Virus record (IMG/VR): IMGVR_UViG_3300045988_020170
DNA length: 40,706 nt
Source: a virus
Reading direction: 5' to 3' (one strand)
A model generated the notes under the pieces. The model was not told the DNA's origin, ran no database searches, and saw only the letters and a list, made by a program, of their open reading frames with translations. Below, in pieces: positions 1 through 7,770 of the stretch. A program made the position numbers and the translations under genes. The first letter of the stretch is position 1, and each line of letters opens with the position of its first letter.

Positions 1-99
1 CTGGCGATGGAATCGAGGCTGGCTGTGAATATGGCATTTATGCCGGTTTGCGCTGCCGTATCACGAATAAAACTCAACGCAAGATCATCGCAAAAAAAC
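1..99. repeat. Terminal overlap, identical to 40608..40706 (circular assembly closure)
   Basis: Read base by base: ctggcgatggaatcgagg...atcatcgcaaaaaaac occurs at both contig ends. Confidence 0.95.
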
Positions 100-158
100 G
101 CCCGGAGAACATCATGTGCGGCGAATTTGAGGAAAAGAGCGATTCGGAGGGTAAATGA
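3..158 (+). CDS. C-terminal tail of the hexapeptide-repeat protein that starts at 39908 (continues through the contig junction)
   Basis: Frame 3 continues the repeat frame: GDGIEAGCEYGIYAGLRCRITNKTQRKIIAKKRPENIMCGEFEEKSDSEGK, stop TGA at 156..158. That stop overlaps the ATG of the next gene (ATGA). Confidence 0.6.
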   Translation, partial: GDGIEAGCEYGIYAGLRCRITNKTQRKIIAKKRPENIMCGEFEEKSDSEGK

Positions 159-340
159 TGGTAAAAAGAATCTGCGACCGATGCGGAGCCGAAATAAACC
201 CTACAAGTTCGGCAACGTATGCAAACGTAAGGGGCGCATATTGCGAAAACACGGAAGACGTCGAGCTTTGCTGTTCATGCGGGATGCGCATTCGTGAATG
301 GCTAAAACCGACCGAGGAGGGCAAGAAGGATGGCGTATAA
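155..340 (+). CDS. Small Cys-rich (zinc-ribbon-like) protein
   Basis: ORF track, 61 aa with CDRCG...CCSCG. GGAGGG lies upstream. The start overlaps the previous stop. Confidence 0.5.
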   Translation: MMVKRICDRCGAEINPTSSATYANVRGAYCENTEDVELCCSCGMRIREWLKPTEEGKKDGV

Positions 341-497
341 CGTTTACTTTTCTTGCGACTCGTGCGGAGCCACATATAACTGGGTAAACCACGCAGTTTC
401 GTATTCTGCCGCCGTTTCGATTGCGAGAAGCTACGGATGGAGCGTTGGGAAACACGGGTGGTTTTGCTCAGAGTGCCGAAAGAAACGGAGGTTATGA
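330..497 (+). CDS. Small zinc-ribbon protein (55 aa, below the ORF-track cutoff)
   Basis: Manual translation: MAYNVYFSCDSCGATYNWVN...GWFCSECRKKRRL. Two CxxC pairs, AAGAAGGA RBS, and a start overlapping the end of the previous gene. Confidence 0.45.
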   Translation: MAYNVYFSCDSCGATYNWVNHAVSYSAAVSIARSYGWSVGKHGWFCSECRKKRRL

Positions 498-500
498 AGG

Positions 501-599
501 ATGGATAAGTTAAAGACGTGCCCGTTCTGCGGCGGAGATGCCATCTTTTTTCGAAAAGCATATGCAGTGAACAGGAGGGTAACCGATGGGGCAACATAA
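501..599 (+). CDS. Possible truncated Lar-like zinc-ribbon remnant (32 aa)
   Basis: MDKLKTCPFCGGDAIFF... matches the N-terminal knuckle of Lar-family proteins, but the second CxxC pair is missing. Overlaps the start of the next ORF. Confidence 0.2.
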   Translation: MDKLKTCPFCGGDAIFFRKAYAVNRRVTDGAT

Positions 600-786
600 G
601 CACAACCCGACCGCTATTGCGGCGGCAAAAGGCGAGCTGCCGCCGAAGAAGCGAGCGCCGCAGCTGACCAAGCGGCAGGCGGAGCGGCTTTTGAAAGCAG
701 AGATCCTGAGTAGATGCACGCCGCTGCTTGCACTGCCGTATGAAATGCGAAACAGAATCGGAAGGGAGTATATGGATTATGACTGA
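586..786 (+). CDS. Hypothetical protein
   Basis: ORF track, 66 aa. AGGAGGG lies 6 nt upstream of the ATG. Confidence 0.45.
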   Translation: MGQHKHNPTAIAAAKGELPPKKRAPQLTKRQAERLLKAEILSRCTPLLALPYEMRNRIGREYMDYD

Positions 787-1099
787 TTACATCAAGCGCA
801 CAGATGCGGTTAAAATCGCCGAAAAGTACTGGCTTGCGAACGGATCTGCATTGGGACGGCATACTGGACTGGCGGATTGCATCGCAAGTGAGATTTTATC
901 ATTGCCAGCCGCCGACGTTGCGCCGGTGGCGCATGGAGCGTGGGTACATAGTCGGCACGATAATTGTTCTGAGCAGTCCGACGTTGTGAAGTGCTCCCGC
1001 TGCGGCCTCGAGGCGTATGCAATGGCGTACCATGTTCGTGATGGCAACTACTGCCCCAGATGCGGGGCGCGCATGGATGGAGGGAATGGCAATGGCTGA
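779..1099 (+). CDS. Hypothetical protein with C-terminal zinc ribbon (paralog A)
   Basis: Internal ATG at 779 follows GGAAGGGAG and overlaps the previous stop. Motifs: AADVAPVAHGAW ... KCSRCG ... YCPRCGARM. Confidence 0.55.
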   Translation: MTDYIKRTDAVKIAEKYWLANGSALGRHTGLADCIASEILSLPAADVAPVAHGAWVHSRHDNCSEQSDVVKCSRCGLEAYAMAYHVRDGNYCPRCGARMDGGNGNG

Positions 1100-1649
1100 A
1101 GAATATATCCTGAGAAGCATTGCAATTGCGAAGCTGACAGCACTGGAAGTTACTGACCCATTCGCCACGATTGCCAATGCAAAGCGGGTGCTTGCGGATA
1201 TGGCTGCTGCCGACGTTGCGAAGGTGGTGCATGGGAAGTGGGGTGACAATGGGATCGCGGGTTCAATGCTGGTGAAATGCTCTGTATGTGGCTTTGACTG
1301 CGGAGCAAACAGCTTTTCTTACTGCCCGAAGTGCGGGGCGCGGATGCGGCAGGCGAAGCGGGGGAAGGTTCGGCGGAAGTATGGGGAGATTCTGGAACTG
1401 TACCGGTACTGCGTGGATGCCGGGATGGACGTCCGGCTGGAACGGCTGCACGACGGATGGGCGGTTCGGTTTCCGAACGGGGGAGACTTTGCGCAGCACG
1501 CCGGAACATACGGAACGCATGACGGATTTGTGGAACCGGCGATCGGGTGTGAGCTGGATTATTCGCCGGTGTCGCTGCGGGAAGCGGAGAAGCTGATTCG
1601 CGAGAACCGGGAACGGCTGATGACGCCGAGTTATGAGGAGGAACGATGA
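1092..1649 (+). CDS. Hypothetical protein with zinc ribbon (paralog B, with a C-terminal extension)
   Basis: Same motif order as 779..1099: AADVAKVVHGKW ... KCSVCG ... YCPKCGARM. The start was chosen after GGAGGG; 1077 or 1086 are also possible. Confidence 0.55.
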   Translation: MAEEYILRSIAIAKLTALEVTDPFATIANAKRVLADMAAADVAKVVHGKWGDNGIAGSMLVKCSVCGFDCGANSFSYCPKCGARMRQAKRGKVRRKYGEILELYRYCVDAGMDVRLERLHDGWAVRFPNGGDFAQHAGTYGTHDGFVEPAIGCELDYSPVSLREAEKLIRENRERLMTPSYEEER

Positions 1650-2167
1650 ACACTGAAATTACACTGTTGAAGTGGCCGGGTGAAGAAGATTGGATGTTTG
1701 CCAAGAGCTGCGCGCTGGTCACGATTGGGAAGCACTCTGGAAAAGCACCGGACATGGAATGGAAGCACAGGATGCTCCGGGCGAAGCACAGTCCGATCCG
1801 GACGCTGAACTTCGCGTTTTATCTCCACAACGTGCCGTACTACGTCAGCACACACCTTGCGCGGCACGTCCATTCGGTCCCGTTCATCAAAAGCCAGCGC
1901 AACGACCGCCAGAGCGACTATGACAGGAACGCAGCGCGGCAGGACGCGCCGGTGGATATGATCTGGTACATGAACGCGGAAGAACTGTTGACGGTCGCCA
2001 ACAAGCGCCTGTGCCGCAAGGCAGACCCGGCAACACAGGAGATTGTCAAGAGGATGCGGACGCTTGTGCTCGATCATTGCCCGGAATTTCGCGGCCTGAT
2101 GGCTCCACCGTGCGCGTTTATGGACGAGTGCCCGGAAATGGAGCCGTGCAAGGAGGGACAGGCATGA
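1646..2167 (+). CDS. Divergent, short ThyX-like (flavin-dependent thymidylate synthase fold) protein
   Basis: HSPIRTLNFAFYLHNVPYYVSTHLARHVHSVPFIKSQRN aligns by eye to the ThyX core HxxPFEH..F.F......R...RHRxxxxxxxSxRY. A later W.MNAEEL......R....A matches the second ThyX block. Confidence 0.55.
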   Translation: MNTEITLLKWPGEEDWMFAKSCALVTIGKHSGKAPDMEWKHRMLRAKHSPIRTLNFAFYLHNVPYYVSTHLARHVHSVPFIKSQRNDRQSDYDRNAARQDAPVDMIWYMNAEELLTVANKRLCRKADPATQEIVKRMRTLVLDHCPEFRGLMAPPCAFMDECPEMEPCKEGQA

Positions 2168-2340
2168 CGTACATGGAGGCATGGAAGCTGATGGCTCCGC
2201 AGCTCCGACCGGAGACGGACGAGCAGATCAATGCGTACATCATGCTTTTTGGAGCGGTAAAAATAGCGAGCAAGAAGGAGGAGCAGCATGGAAAAGCTGG
2301 CAAAACGGATCAGAAGCAGCAACAAGATGAAGAACTGTAA
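2164..2340 (+). CDS. Hypothetical small protein
   Basis: ATGA overlap with the ThyX-like stop. Overlaps the next candidate by 53 nt, so one of the two may be spurious. Confidence 0.3.
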   Translation: MTYMEAWKLMAPQLRPETDEQINAYIMLFGAVKIASKKEEQHGKAGKTDQKQQQDEEL

Positions 2341-2467
2341 TAGCTGTGAATTCTGCATCGCGTGGTGGTGCGATCTCTACGAACAGTTTCTGGATTCGGA
2401 TGAGAATGGGCCGTTGCCGTGCGAGGAATGCTTAGAGGAGGATGAAAAGGATGATAGAAAACTGTAA
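2288..2467 (+). CDS. Small Cys-rich acidic protein (59 aa, not in ORF track)
   Basis: Manual translation: MEKLAKRIRSSNKMKNCNSCEFCIAWWCD...PCEECLEEDEKDDRKL. Strong AAGGAGGA RBS 7 nt upstream. Confidence 0.45.
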   Translation: MEKLAKRIRSSNKMKNCNSCEFCIAWWCDLYEQFLDSDENGPLPCEECLEEDEKDDRKL

Positions 2468-2624
2468 GATGGTGGATTCGATGAATGCACTCGCAGAAAG
2501 CGTCGCAAGTTTTTTCAATACGCTTTTGGCGAATGATATTTCGGTGGATGTTGCCGCGAACCTGACCGGGAAGATGGTTGAACTGATTATTCTCATGTCC
2601 GGCAAGCAAGATGGAGGCGATTAA
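2442..2624 (+). CDS. Hypothetical protein
   Basis: ORF track, 60 aa. GAGGAGGA lies upstream. Confidence 0.4.
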   Translation: MKRMIENCKMVDSMNALAESVASFFNTLLANDISVDVAANLTGKMVELIILMSGKQDGGD

Positions 2625-3056
2625 GTGACAAGTCAAGAGAAAAAGCAGTATCTTTCCCAGTATCTCTATATCTGCGATGAAATTGAAGATCTTCTGCATG
2701 ACCTTGAAGAATGGTATACAATCGCTGGAAAGGTAACGGCGAGTTATAGCGGCACGCCGGGGGGCGGTTCCTCAGATAAACTGAACAGCGTGGTTGCAAA
2801 GATTCTTGAGATCAAAGATAGTTGTGCAGAGCGATTGGGGCGCATGGAGGGGTTGAAGCACAGCATCGAACGGGCGGTCGCTTCGGTGGATGAAATCGAA
2901 CTCAAAAGAATCCTACGCCGCCGGTACATTCGAGGATGGAATTTTCAACAAATTGCAGACAGCCTGAATTATTCGTATAGGCAAGTCACGCGGCTGCATG
3001 GTATTGCGCTTCGGAAAGTGGATGAAAACCTGTTGATTCGAGAAAACGTGTCCTAG
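2625..3056 (+). CDS. Sigma-70 region-4-like late transcriptional regulator (DUF1492 / ArpU-RinA-like position)
   Basis: C-terminal RRRYIRGWNFQQIADSLNYSYRQVTRLHGIALRKV is a sigma r4-type HTH. Last gene before the packaging module. GTG start. Confidence 0.6.
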   Translation: MTSQEKKQYLSQYLYICDEIEDLLHDLEEWYTIAGKVTASYSGTPGGGSSDKLNSVVAKILEIKDSCAERLGRMEGLKHSIERAVASVDEIELKRILRRRYIRGWNFQQIADSLNYSYRQVTRLHGIALRKVDENLLIRENVS

Positions 3057-3133
3057 TATGTCCTTGAATGTCCTATCAGATATGGTTTATGATTATAATG
3101 CCAAAACAAACAGATGATTCATTCCTCCATCAT

Positions 3134-3165
3134 GAGAGCTACGGAGTGTCGTTTCCGTAGCTCTC
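3134..3165 (+). promoter_or_regulatory. Perfect 12-bp stem-loop (gagagctacgga / tccgtagctctc, 8-nt loop) without a U-tract
   Basis: Read directly in the AT-rich gap between the regulator gene and the packaging operon. Confidence 0.6.
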
Positions 3166-3175
3166 AACCTTTGAT

Positions 3176-3358
3176 ATGAGAGATATTCGGACACTGTGTT
3201 ATAGATGCCAGCAGGATTATATATCTGCTGGCTATTCTGTTATACGGACAAAGAACAGATTTAAGGAGCCGTGTGATATATGCGGCAGACTTGGTAACGA
3301 TGTCGAGCTGAAAAAGAGTGGTGTTAAAAATGAACGTACAAAACAGGAAATTATCTGA
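3176..3358 (+). CDS. Small zinc-ribbon protein
   Basis: ORF track, 60 aa with CYRC ... CDICG. Confidence 0.45.
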   Translation: MRDIRTLCYRCQQDYISAGYSVIRTKNRFKEPCDICGRLGNDVELKKSGVKNERTKQEII

Positions 3359-4523
3359 ACTCACCCCATATCCGGGGAACGCGAAAAAGCACGACAAAAA
3401 GCAAATCGCCAATGTAGCTGAGAGCATCCGGCAGTATGGATTTGTGCAGCCGATCGTGGTAGACCGCGACGATGTGATTATCATCGGCCACTGCCGCGCG
3501 CTTGCGGCAAAGAAGCTCGGCATGGATGAGGTGCCGTGTGTCAGTATGGACGATTTGACACCGGAACAAGTGAACGCCCTGCGGCTGGTGGACAACAAGA
3601 GCAACGAAAGCGATTGGGACTTTGATTTGCTGGCCGAGGAGCTGCCGGGACTCGACCTGTCGGCTTTTGACTTTGACTGGGGACTTCGCGACGAGCTAAA
3701 CCACTCTGTTATTGAGGACGATTATGATCCTGTTCTTCCTGCGGAGGCAAAAAGCAAGATTGGTGATGTATACCAACTCGGGAACCATCGCTTGATGTGC
3801 GGAGATAGTACGTCCTTGACGGACGTACAAAAGCTCGTAGGGGGGGTGCAGATGGACTTGCTGCTCACTGATCCTCCCTACAATGTGGACTACAAGGGAA
3901 CCGCTGGCAAGATCATAAACGATAACATGGAGGATTCAGCTTTTAGACGGTTCCTCACAGACGCATTCTCAAATGCGGCAATGGTAATGAAGCCGGGTGC
4001 TCCGTTCTACATCTGGCACGCTGATTCCGAGGGGTATAACTTCCGTTGGGCGTGCAGAGACGCAATGCTCCGAGTAAGGCAGTGTTTGATTTGGGTAAAA
4101 AACAGCATGGTCATGGGGAGACAGGACTACCAATGGAAACATGAACCTTGTCTCTATGGCGAGAGCGAGATTGAAGAGGACGAGCACGAGCCGTGCTTGT
4201 ATGGATGGACGGAAGGCCATAAGCATTACTTCTTCAAAAACCGCAGGCAGACCACTGTTCTCAATTTCGATAAGCCAGTGAGACCAGCAGAGCATCCGAC
4301 CATGAAACCGATTAAGCTGTTTGACTATCAGATGCAGTGCTCGAGCAAACCGGGCGAGAATGTTCTTGACCTATTTGCTGGTTCTGGCACAACGATCATG
4401 GCAGCAGAGCAGAACGGGAGACACGCATATTGCATGGAGTTTGATCCGAAGTATGCCGATGTCATTATTGATCGGTGGGAGAAATTCACAGGAGAAAAGG
4501 CGGTATTGCTCCATGACGATTGA
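3330..4523 (+). CDS. ParB-like nuclease domain fused to an N4/N6 DNA methyltransferase
   Basis: N-terminus LSELTPYPGNAKKHDKKQI...IIIGHCRALAAKKLG is ParB-like. LLLTDPPYNVDY is motif IV and VLDLFAGSGTTIMAAE is motif I, in beta-class order. ATG 3330 is preferred over GTG 3318. Confidence 0.85.
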   Translation: MNVQNRKLSELTPYPGNAKKHDKKQIANVAESIRQYGFVQPIVVDRDDVIIIGHCRALAAKKLGMDEVPCVSMDDLTPEQVNALRLVDNKSNESDWDFDLLAEELPGLDLSAFDFDWGLRDELNHSVIEDDYDPVLPAEAKSKIGDVYQLGNHRLMCGDSTSLTDVQKLVGGVQMDLLLTDPPYNVDYKGTAGKIINDNMEDSAFRRFLTDAFSNAAMVMKPGAPFYIWHADSEGYNFRWACRDAMLRVRQCLIWVKNSMVMGRQDYQWKHEPCLYGESEIEEDEHEPCLYGWTEGHKHYFFKNRRQTTVLNFDKPVRPAEHPTMKPIKLFDYQMQCSSKPGENVLDLFAGSGTTIMAAEQNGRHAYCMEFDPKYADVIIDRWEKFTGEKAVLLHDD

Positions 4524-4618
4524 AGAAGCGCAGGCGATCATTGATAAGACAAACAGCCCGTACTTAAAGCGGGACATGGAGAAATTCATCAAACGCCAGC
4601 GAAGGAAGGAGGGCGTAT

Positions 4619-4957
4619 ATGGCAAGGCCGAAAAAGGAAATAGATCAAAAGCAGTTCGAGAATCTATGCGGCCTGCAATGCACGCTTGAGGAAATCTGCG
4701 GCTGGTTCGGTGTAGCAGATAAAACGCTTGAGGCATGGTGCAAACGCACCTATGGTGCTGTTTTTTACGAAGTTTTCAAACAAAAGCGCGGGGCCGGGAA
4801 AATATCGCTCAGAAGAAGCCAGTGGAGACTGGCGGAGAAAAATGCAAACATGGCAATCTGGCTCGGGAAGCAGTATCTCGGCCAGAAGGACAACCCAGAG
4901 GAATCGGTTGACATGGAGGACACTTCCGCGTATCTGGCGGAAGCTGGTATGGAATGA
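4619..4957 (+). CDS. terS: Terminase small subunit
   Basis: MARPKKEIDQKQFENLCGLQCTLEEICGWFGVADKTLEAWCK is an HTH-type TerS N-terminus. AAGGAGGG RBS. The stop overlaps the TerL start. Confidence 0.75.
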   Translation: MARPKKEIDQKQFENLCGLQCTLEEICGWFGVADKTLEAWCKRTYGAVFYEVFKQKRGAGKISLRRSQWRLAEKNANMAIWLGKQYLGQKDNPEESVDMEDTSAYLAEAGME

Positions 4958-6231
4958 TTACGCAGACCCTTCAACCGAAGTTCGGCGCGAAGCATAAGGC
5001 ATATATCGCGGCGGCGACGCGGGCGACGATTTCCGTAGCGGAGGGCGCTGTCCGTGCCGGTAAGACCATCGACAACATTGCGGCATTTGCCTATTTGATC
5101 GAGAAAGGGACGCCTGACCGCATCCACCTTGCGACAGGTTCCACAGCGGCAAACGCGAAACTGAATATCGGGGACGCGAACGGCTACGGATTGGAGTATC
5201 TTTTCCGTGGCCGCTGCCGGTGGACGAAGTATAAGGGAAATGAAGCACTGGTTATCCGCTCACATAAGCGGGATTACGTCGTGATATTCGCGGGCGGCGC
5301 GAAAGCGGACAGCTTCAAGAAGATTCGCGGCAACTCCTATGGGATGTGGATAGCAACCGAGATCAACCTTCACCATGAGGACACGATCAAGGAAGCATTT
5401 AACCGTCAGCTCGCGGCGCGGGTTCGGCGGGTGTTTTGGGATTTGAACCCATCGGCACCCGGCCACTGGATATATGAGCACTACATCGATAAATTCCCAG
5501 AGAGCATGGGGGCGCGGTACAACTACCGGCATTTCACCATCCGGGACAATGCGACGATCACGCCGCAGCGGTTGGCGGAGATCGAAGCACAGTACGACGC
5601 GGGCAGTATTTGGTATCGCCGGGACATCCTCGGTGAGCGGTGTATCGCGGAGGGCCTTGTCTATCAGTTTGGAGAAGATAATATCACAGATGAGATTCCG
5701 GAAAGCGGCGAGTATTACATCAGCATTGACTATGGCACGCTCAACCCGTTTTCTGCTGGCCTGTGGTGCGTGAATGAAGATAAAGCGGTTCGCATTGCGG
5801 AGTATTATTACAGCGGACGCGACATGAAGGTGCAAAAGACCGACGAGGAATACTGCGATGAGGTTGAAAAGCTGGCCGGAGATCGATATATCCGGGCAGT
5901 GATCGTTGACCCATCCGCAGCATCGTTCATCACGTCGCTGCGCCGCCGCTCCGGCTTTTCTGTAAGAAAGGCGAATAACGACGTGCTTGACGGTATTCGT
6001 GTCACTGGGCGGCTTCTGAAAAATGGGAAACTAAAAGTACATCGGAGCTGCAAAGACGCAATTCGGGAATTTGGCCTGTATCGCTGGGACGATGAGAAAA
6101 ACAGCGACCAGGTCATAAAAGAGTCAGATCACGCGATGGATGACACACGCTACATGTGCAATACAGTATTGCGGAGATATTACAAGCTCGACAGGAGAGA
6201 AGATGAAGAAGTTCAAGAGATGGCTGATTGA
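4954..6231 (+). CDS. terL: Terminase large subunit (PBSX/Terminase_3-like, headful type)
   Basis: Walker A AEGAVRAGKT. 425 aa. Lies directly upstream of the portal gene. Confidence 0.85.
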   Translation: MITQTLQPKFGAKHKAYIAAATRATISVAEGAVRAGKTIDNIAAFAYLIEKGTPDRIHLATGSTAANAKLNIGDANGYGLEYLFRGRCRWTKYKGNEALVIRSHKRDYVVIFAGGAKADSFKKIRGNSYGMWIATEINLHHEDTIKEAFNRQLAARVRRVFWDLNPSAPGHWIYEHYIDKFPESMGARYNYRHFTIRDNATITPQRLAEIEAQYDAGSIWYRRDILGERCIAEGLVYQFGEDNITDEIPESGEYYISIDYGTLNPFSAGLWCVNEDKAVRIAEYYYSGRDMKVQKTDEEYCDEVEKLAGDRYIRAVIVDPSAASFITSLRRRSGFSVRKANNDVLDGIRVTGRLLKNGKLKVHRSCKDAIREFGLYRWDDEKNSDQVIKESDHAMDDTRYMCNTVLRRYYKLDRREDEEVQEMAD

Positions 6232-6406
6232 AAAGTTCCTGCCTACATATTGCCGGAACGAGCTGCTTGAAGAAAACAAGCGGCTTGCAAATAAGATCGC
6301 AGAGCTTCAGGCGAAGAATGACAGGCTCAACGCCTATATTGACGGGATGGAATCAGCCTTGCGATACCAGAAAATCACGATTCGGAATGAGGTGACGGAT
6401 AGATGA
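6203..6406 (+). CDS. Small coiled-coil protein
   Basis: Internal ATG after AGGAGAGAAG. LEENKRLANKIAELQAKNDRLNAYI. Confidence 0.45.
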   Translation: MKKFKRWLIEKFLPTYCRNELLEENKRLANKIAELQAKNDRLNAYIDGMESALRYQKITIRNEVTDR

Positions 6407-7770
6407 GCATTGCGGCTGCGCTTTTTGATAATCGCGTATATAACTTTGCACAGGCGTTCGGTGTAGAGGACACAACAACCAATGCCATGAGGGGCGCAAT
6501 CAATGACTGGTTCAACCTATATTATCAGAGCGTTCCGGTAGAAGGCGAAGATCCATGCCAGCGGCTCCCCGTCACCATCGTATCGAAGTTGTCAAAGACG
6601 ATGTTCTCCGAATACGAGACGGACGCTTCCGATGAGTTCGCCGAATCAATCCTTTCTGCGCTGAACCGGGAACGGAAACAGGCCGTACAAAAAGCGATGG
6701 TCGGCGGCGAGTGTTTTATAAAGCCAATCATTGTAAACGGCGTGTTTGCGTTCCGAACCATCGACCGGCGAAATTATGTTGTGCTTGGCCGAGATGAAAT
6801 GGACAATATCACAGACGTTGGGACAGCGGAAAAGACGGTTGTCGGGAGATACACCTATACGCTTTTGGAACGCCGCTCTGTTGACCACAACGGCTATCTG
6901 AAAATCGAAAACAAACTGTTTAAGGCGTCCGACAATGCGACGCTCGGTGTTGAAGTCCCGCTATCGGAGCTGCCGAAGTATGAACAGCTTATGCCGGAAA
7001 TCGTGTATCAGGAGCCGGTTTATTCCACTGGATTGGTTCATGTGAGAATCCCGCTTGTGAATTGCGTGGATGGCTCTCCTGATGGAGCGTCGGTGTATGC
7101 TCCGGCTGCTGGACTGATCCATCTTATCAACATCAACGAGGCGCAGATCAACGGCGAGTTCGAACGCGGACAGTCTCGGATCATTGTGTCGGCCGACATG
7201 ATGAAGCGCGACCGTAACGGCAATAGAGCTTTTGATGATAAGGTGTTTACAGCGCTGGACGATGATCCGGACAGCGTTGGTATCACGATTTTCTCCCCGG
7301 AGTTCCGGGAACAGTCATTCCTTGCGAGAAAGACAGAATATCTCAGAAACATCGAGAACATCATCGGCATGAAGCGCGGCATCCTCTCTGAAGTCGAGGC
7401 CGCAGAGAGAACCGCAACGGAGATCACGTCCAGCGCTGGTGACTACAACCTGACAATCAAAGATCTTCAGGAGATGTGGACGGCTGCGGTCAATGAAGCA
7501 TTACGTGTCTGTTCTGTTCTCGGGAAAATGTACGGCCTTTACAGCGGCGCTCCGATTGAGCCGGATGACATTTCGATTTCCTATGGCAATGGTATTCTCT
7601 ACGACGAGAACAAGACCAACTCCGAGATGATGTCTCAGGTTCAGGCTGGCTTGCTGGCCCCGGAACGTTATCTCGGCTGGTATTATGATCTTCCGTGTGA
7701 TACGGAAGCAGACCGGGCGAAGATCCGCAAAGAGTTCATGCCAGAAGTTGACGAGGTCGACGAAGAATAA
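6403..7770 (+). CDS. Portal protein
   Basis: 455 aa, follows TerL, acidic C-terminus (EVDEVDEE), ATGA coupling. Confidence 0.8.
   Translation: MSIAAALFDNRVYNFAQAFGVEDTTTNAMRGAINDWFNLYYQSVPVEGEDPCQRLPVTIVSKLSKTMFSEYETDASDEFAESILSALNRERKQAVQKAMVGGECFIKPIIVNGVFAFRTIDRRNYVVLGRDEMDNITDVGTAEKTVVGRYTYTLLERRSVDHNGYLKIENKLFKASDNATLGVEVPLSELPKYEQLMPEIVYQEPVYSTGLVHVRIPLVNCVDGSPDGASVYAPAAGLIHLININEAQINGEFERGQSRIIVSADMMKRDRNGNRAFDDKVFTALDDDPDSVGITIFSPEFREQSFLARKTEYLRNIENIIGMKRGILSEVEAAERTATEITSSAGDYNLTIKDLQEMWTAAVNEALRVCSVLGKMYGLYSGAPIEPDDISISYGNGILYDENKTNSEMMSQVQAGLLAPERYLGWYYDLPCDTEADRAKIRKEFMPEVDEVDEE

Noticed and set aside
7-603. ORFs 7..297 (+), 112..603 (-) and 201..455 (-) at the window start
   Set aside because: Highly basic, junk-like translations. 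This region is better explained by the frame-3 tail of the repeat protein (3..158) followed by coupled small zinc-ribbon genes.
1150-2182. Long minus-strand ORFs 1150..1755 and 1631..2182 (and similar ones at 810..1249, 24718..25329, 34265..34939, 32085..32642)
   Set aside because: All are antisense to coupled + strand genes with recognisable motifs. Their compositions (Arg/Pro/His-rich) are typical of shadow frames.
4513-4689. 58-aa ORF overlapping the methyltransferase stop and 71 nt of terS
   Set aside because: The first half looks protein-like, but the second half is read out of frame over the well-supported TerS start. Left unresolved rather than called.
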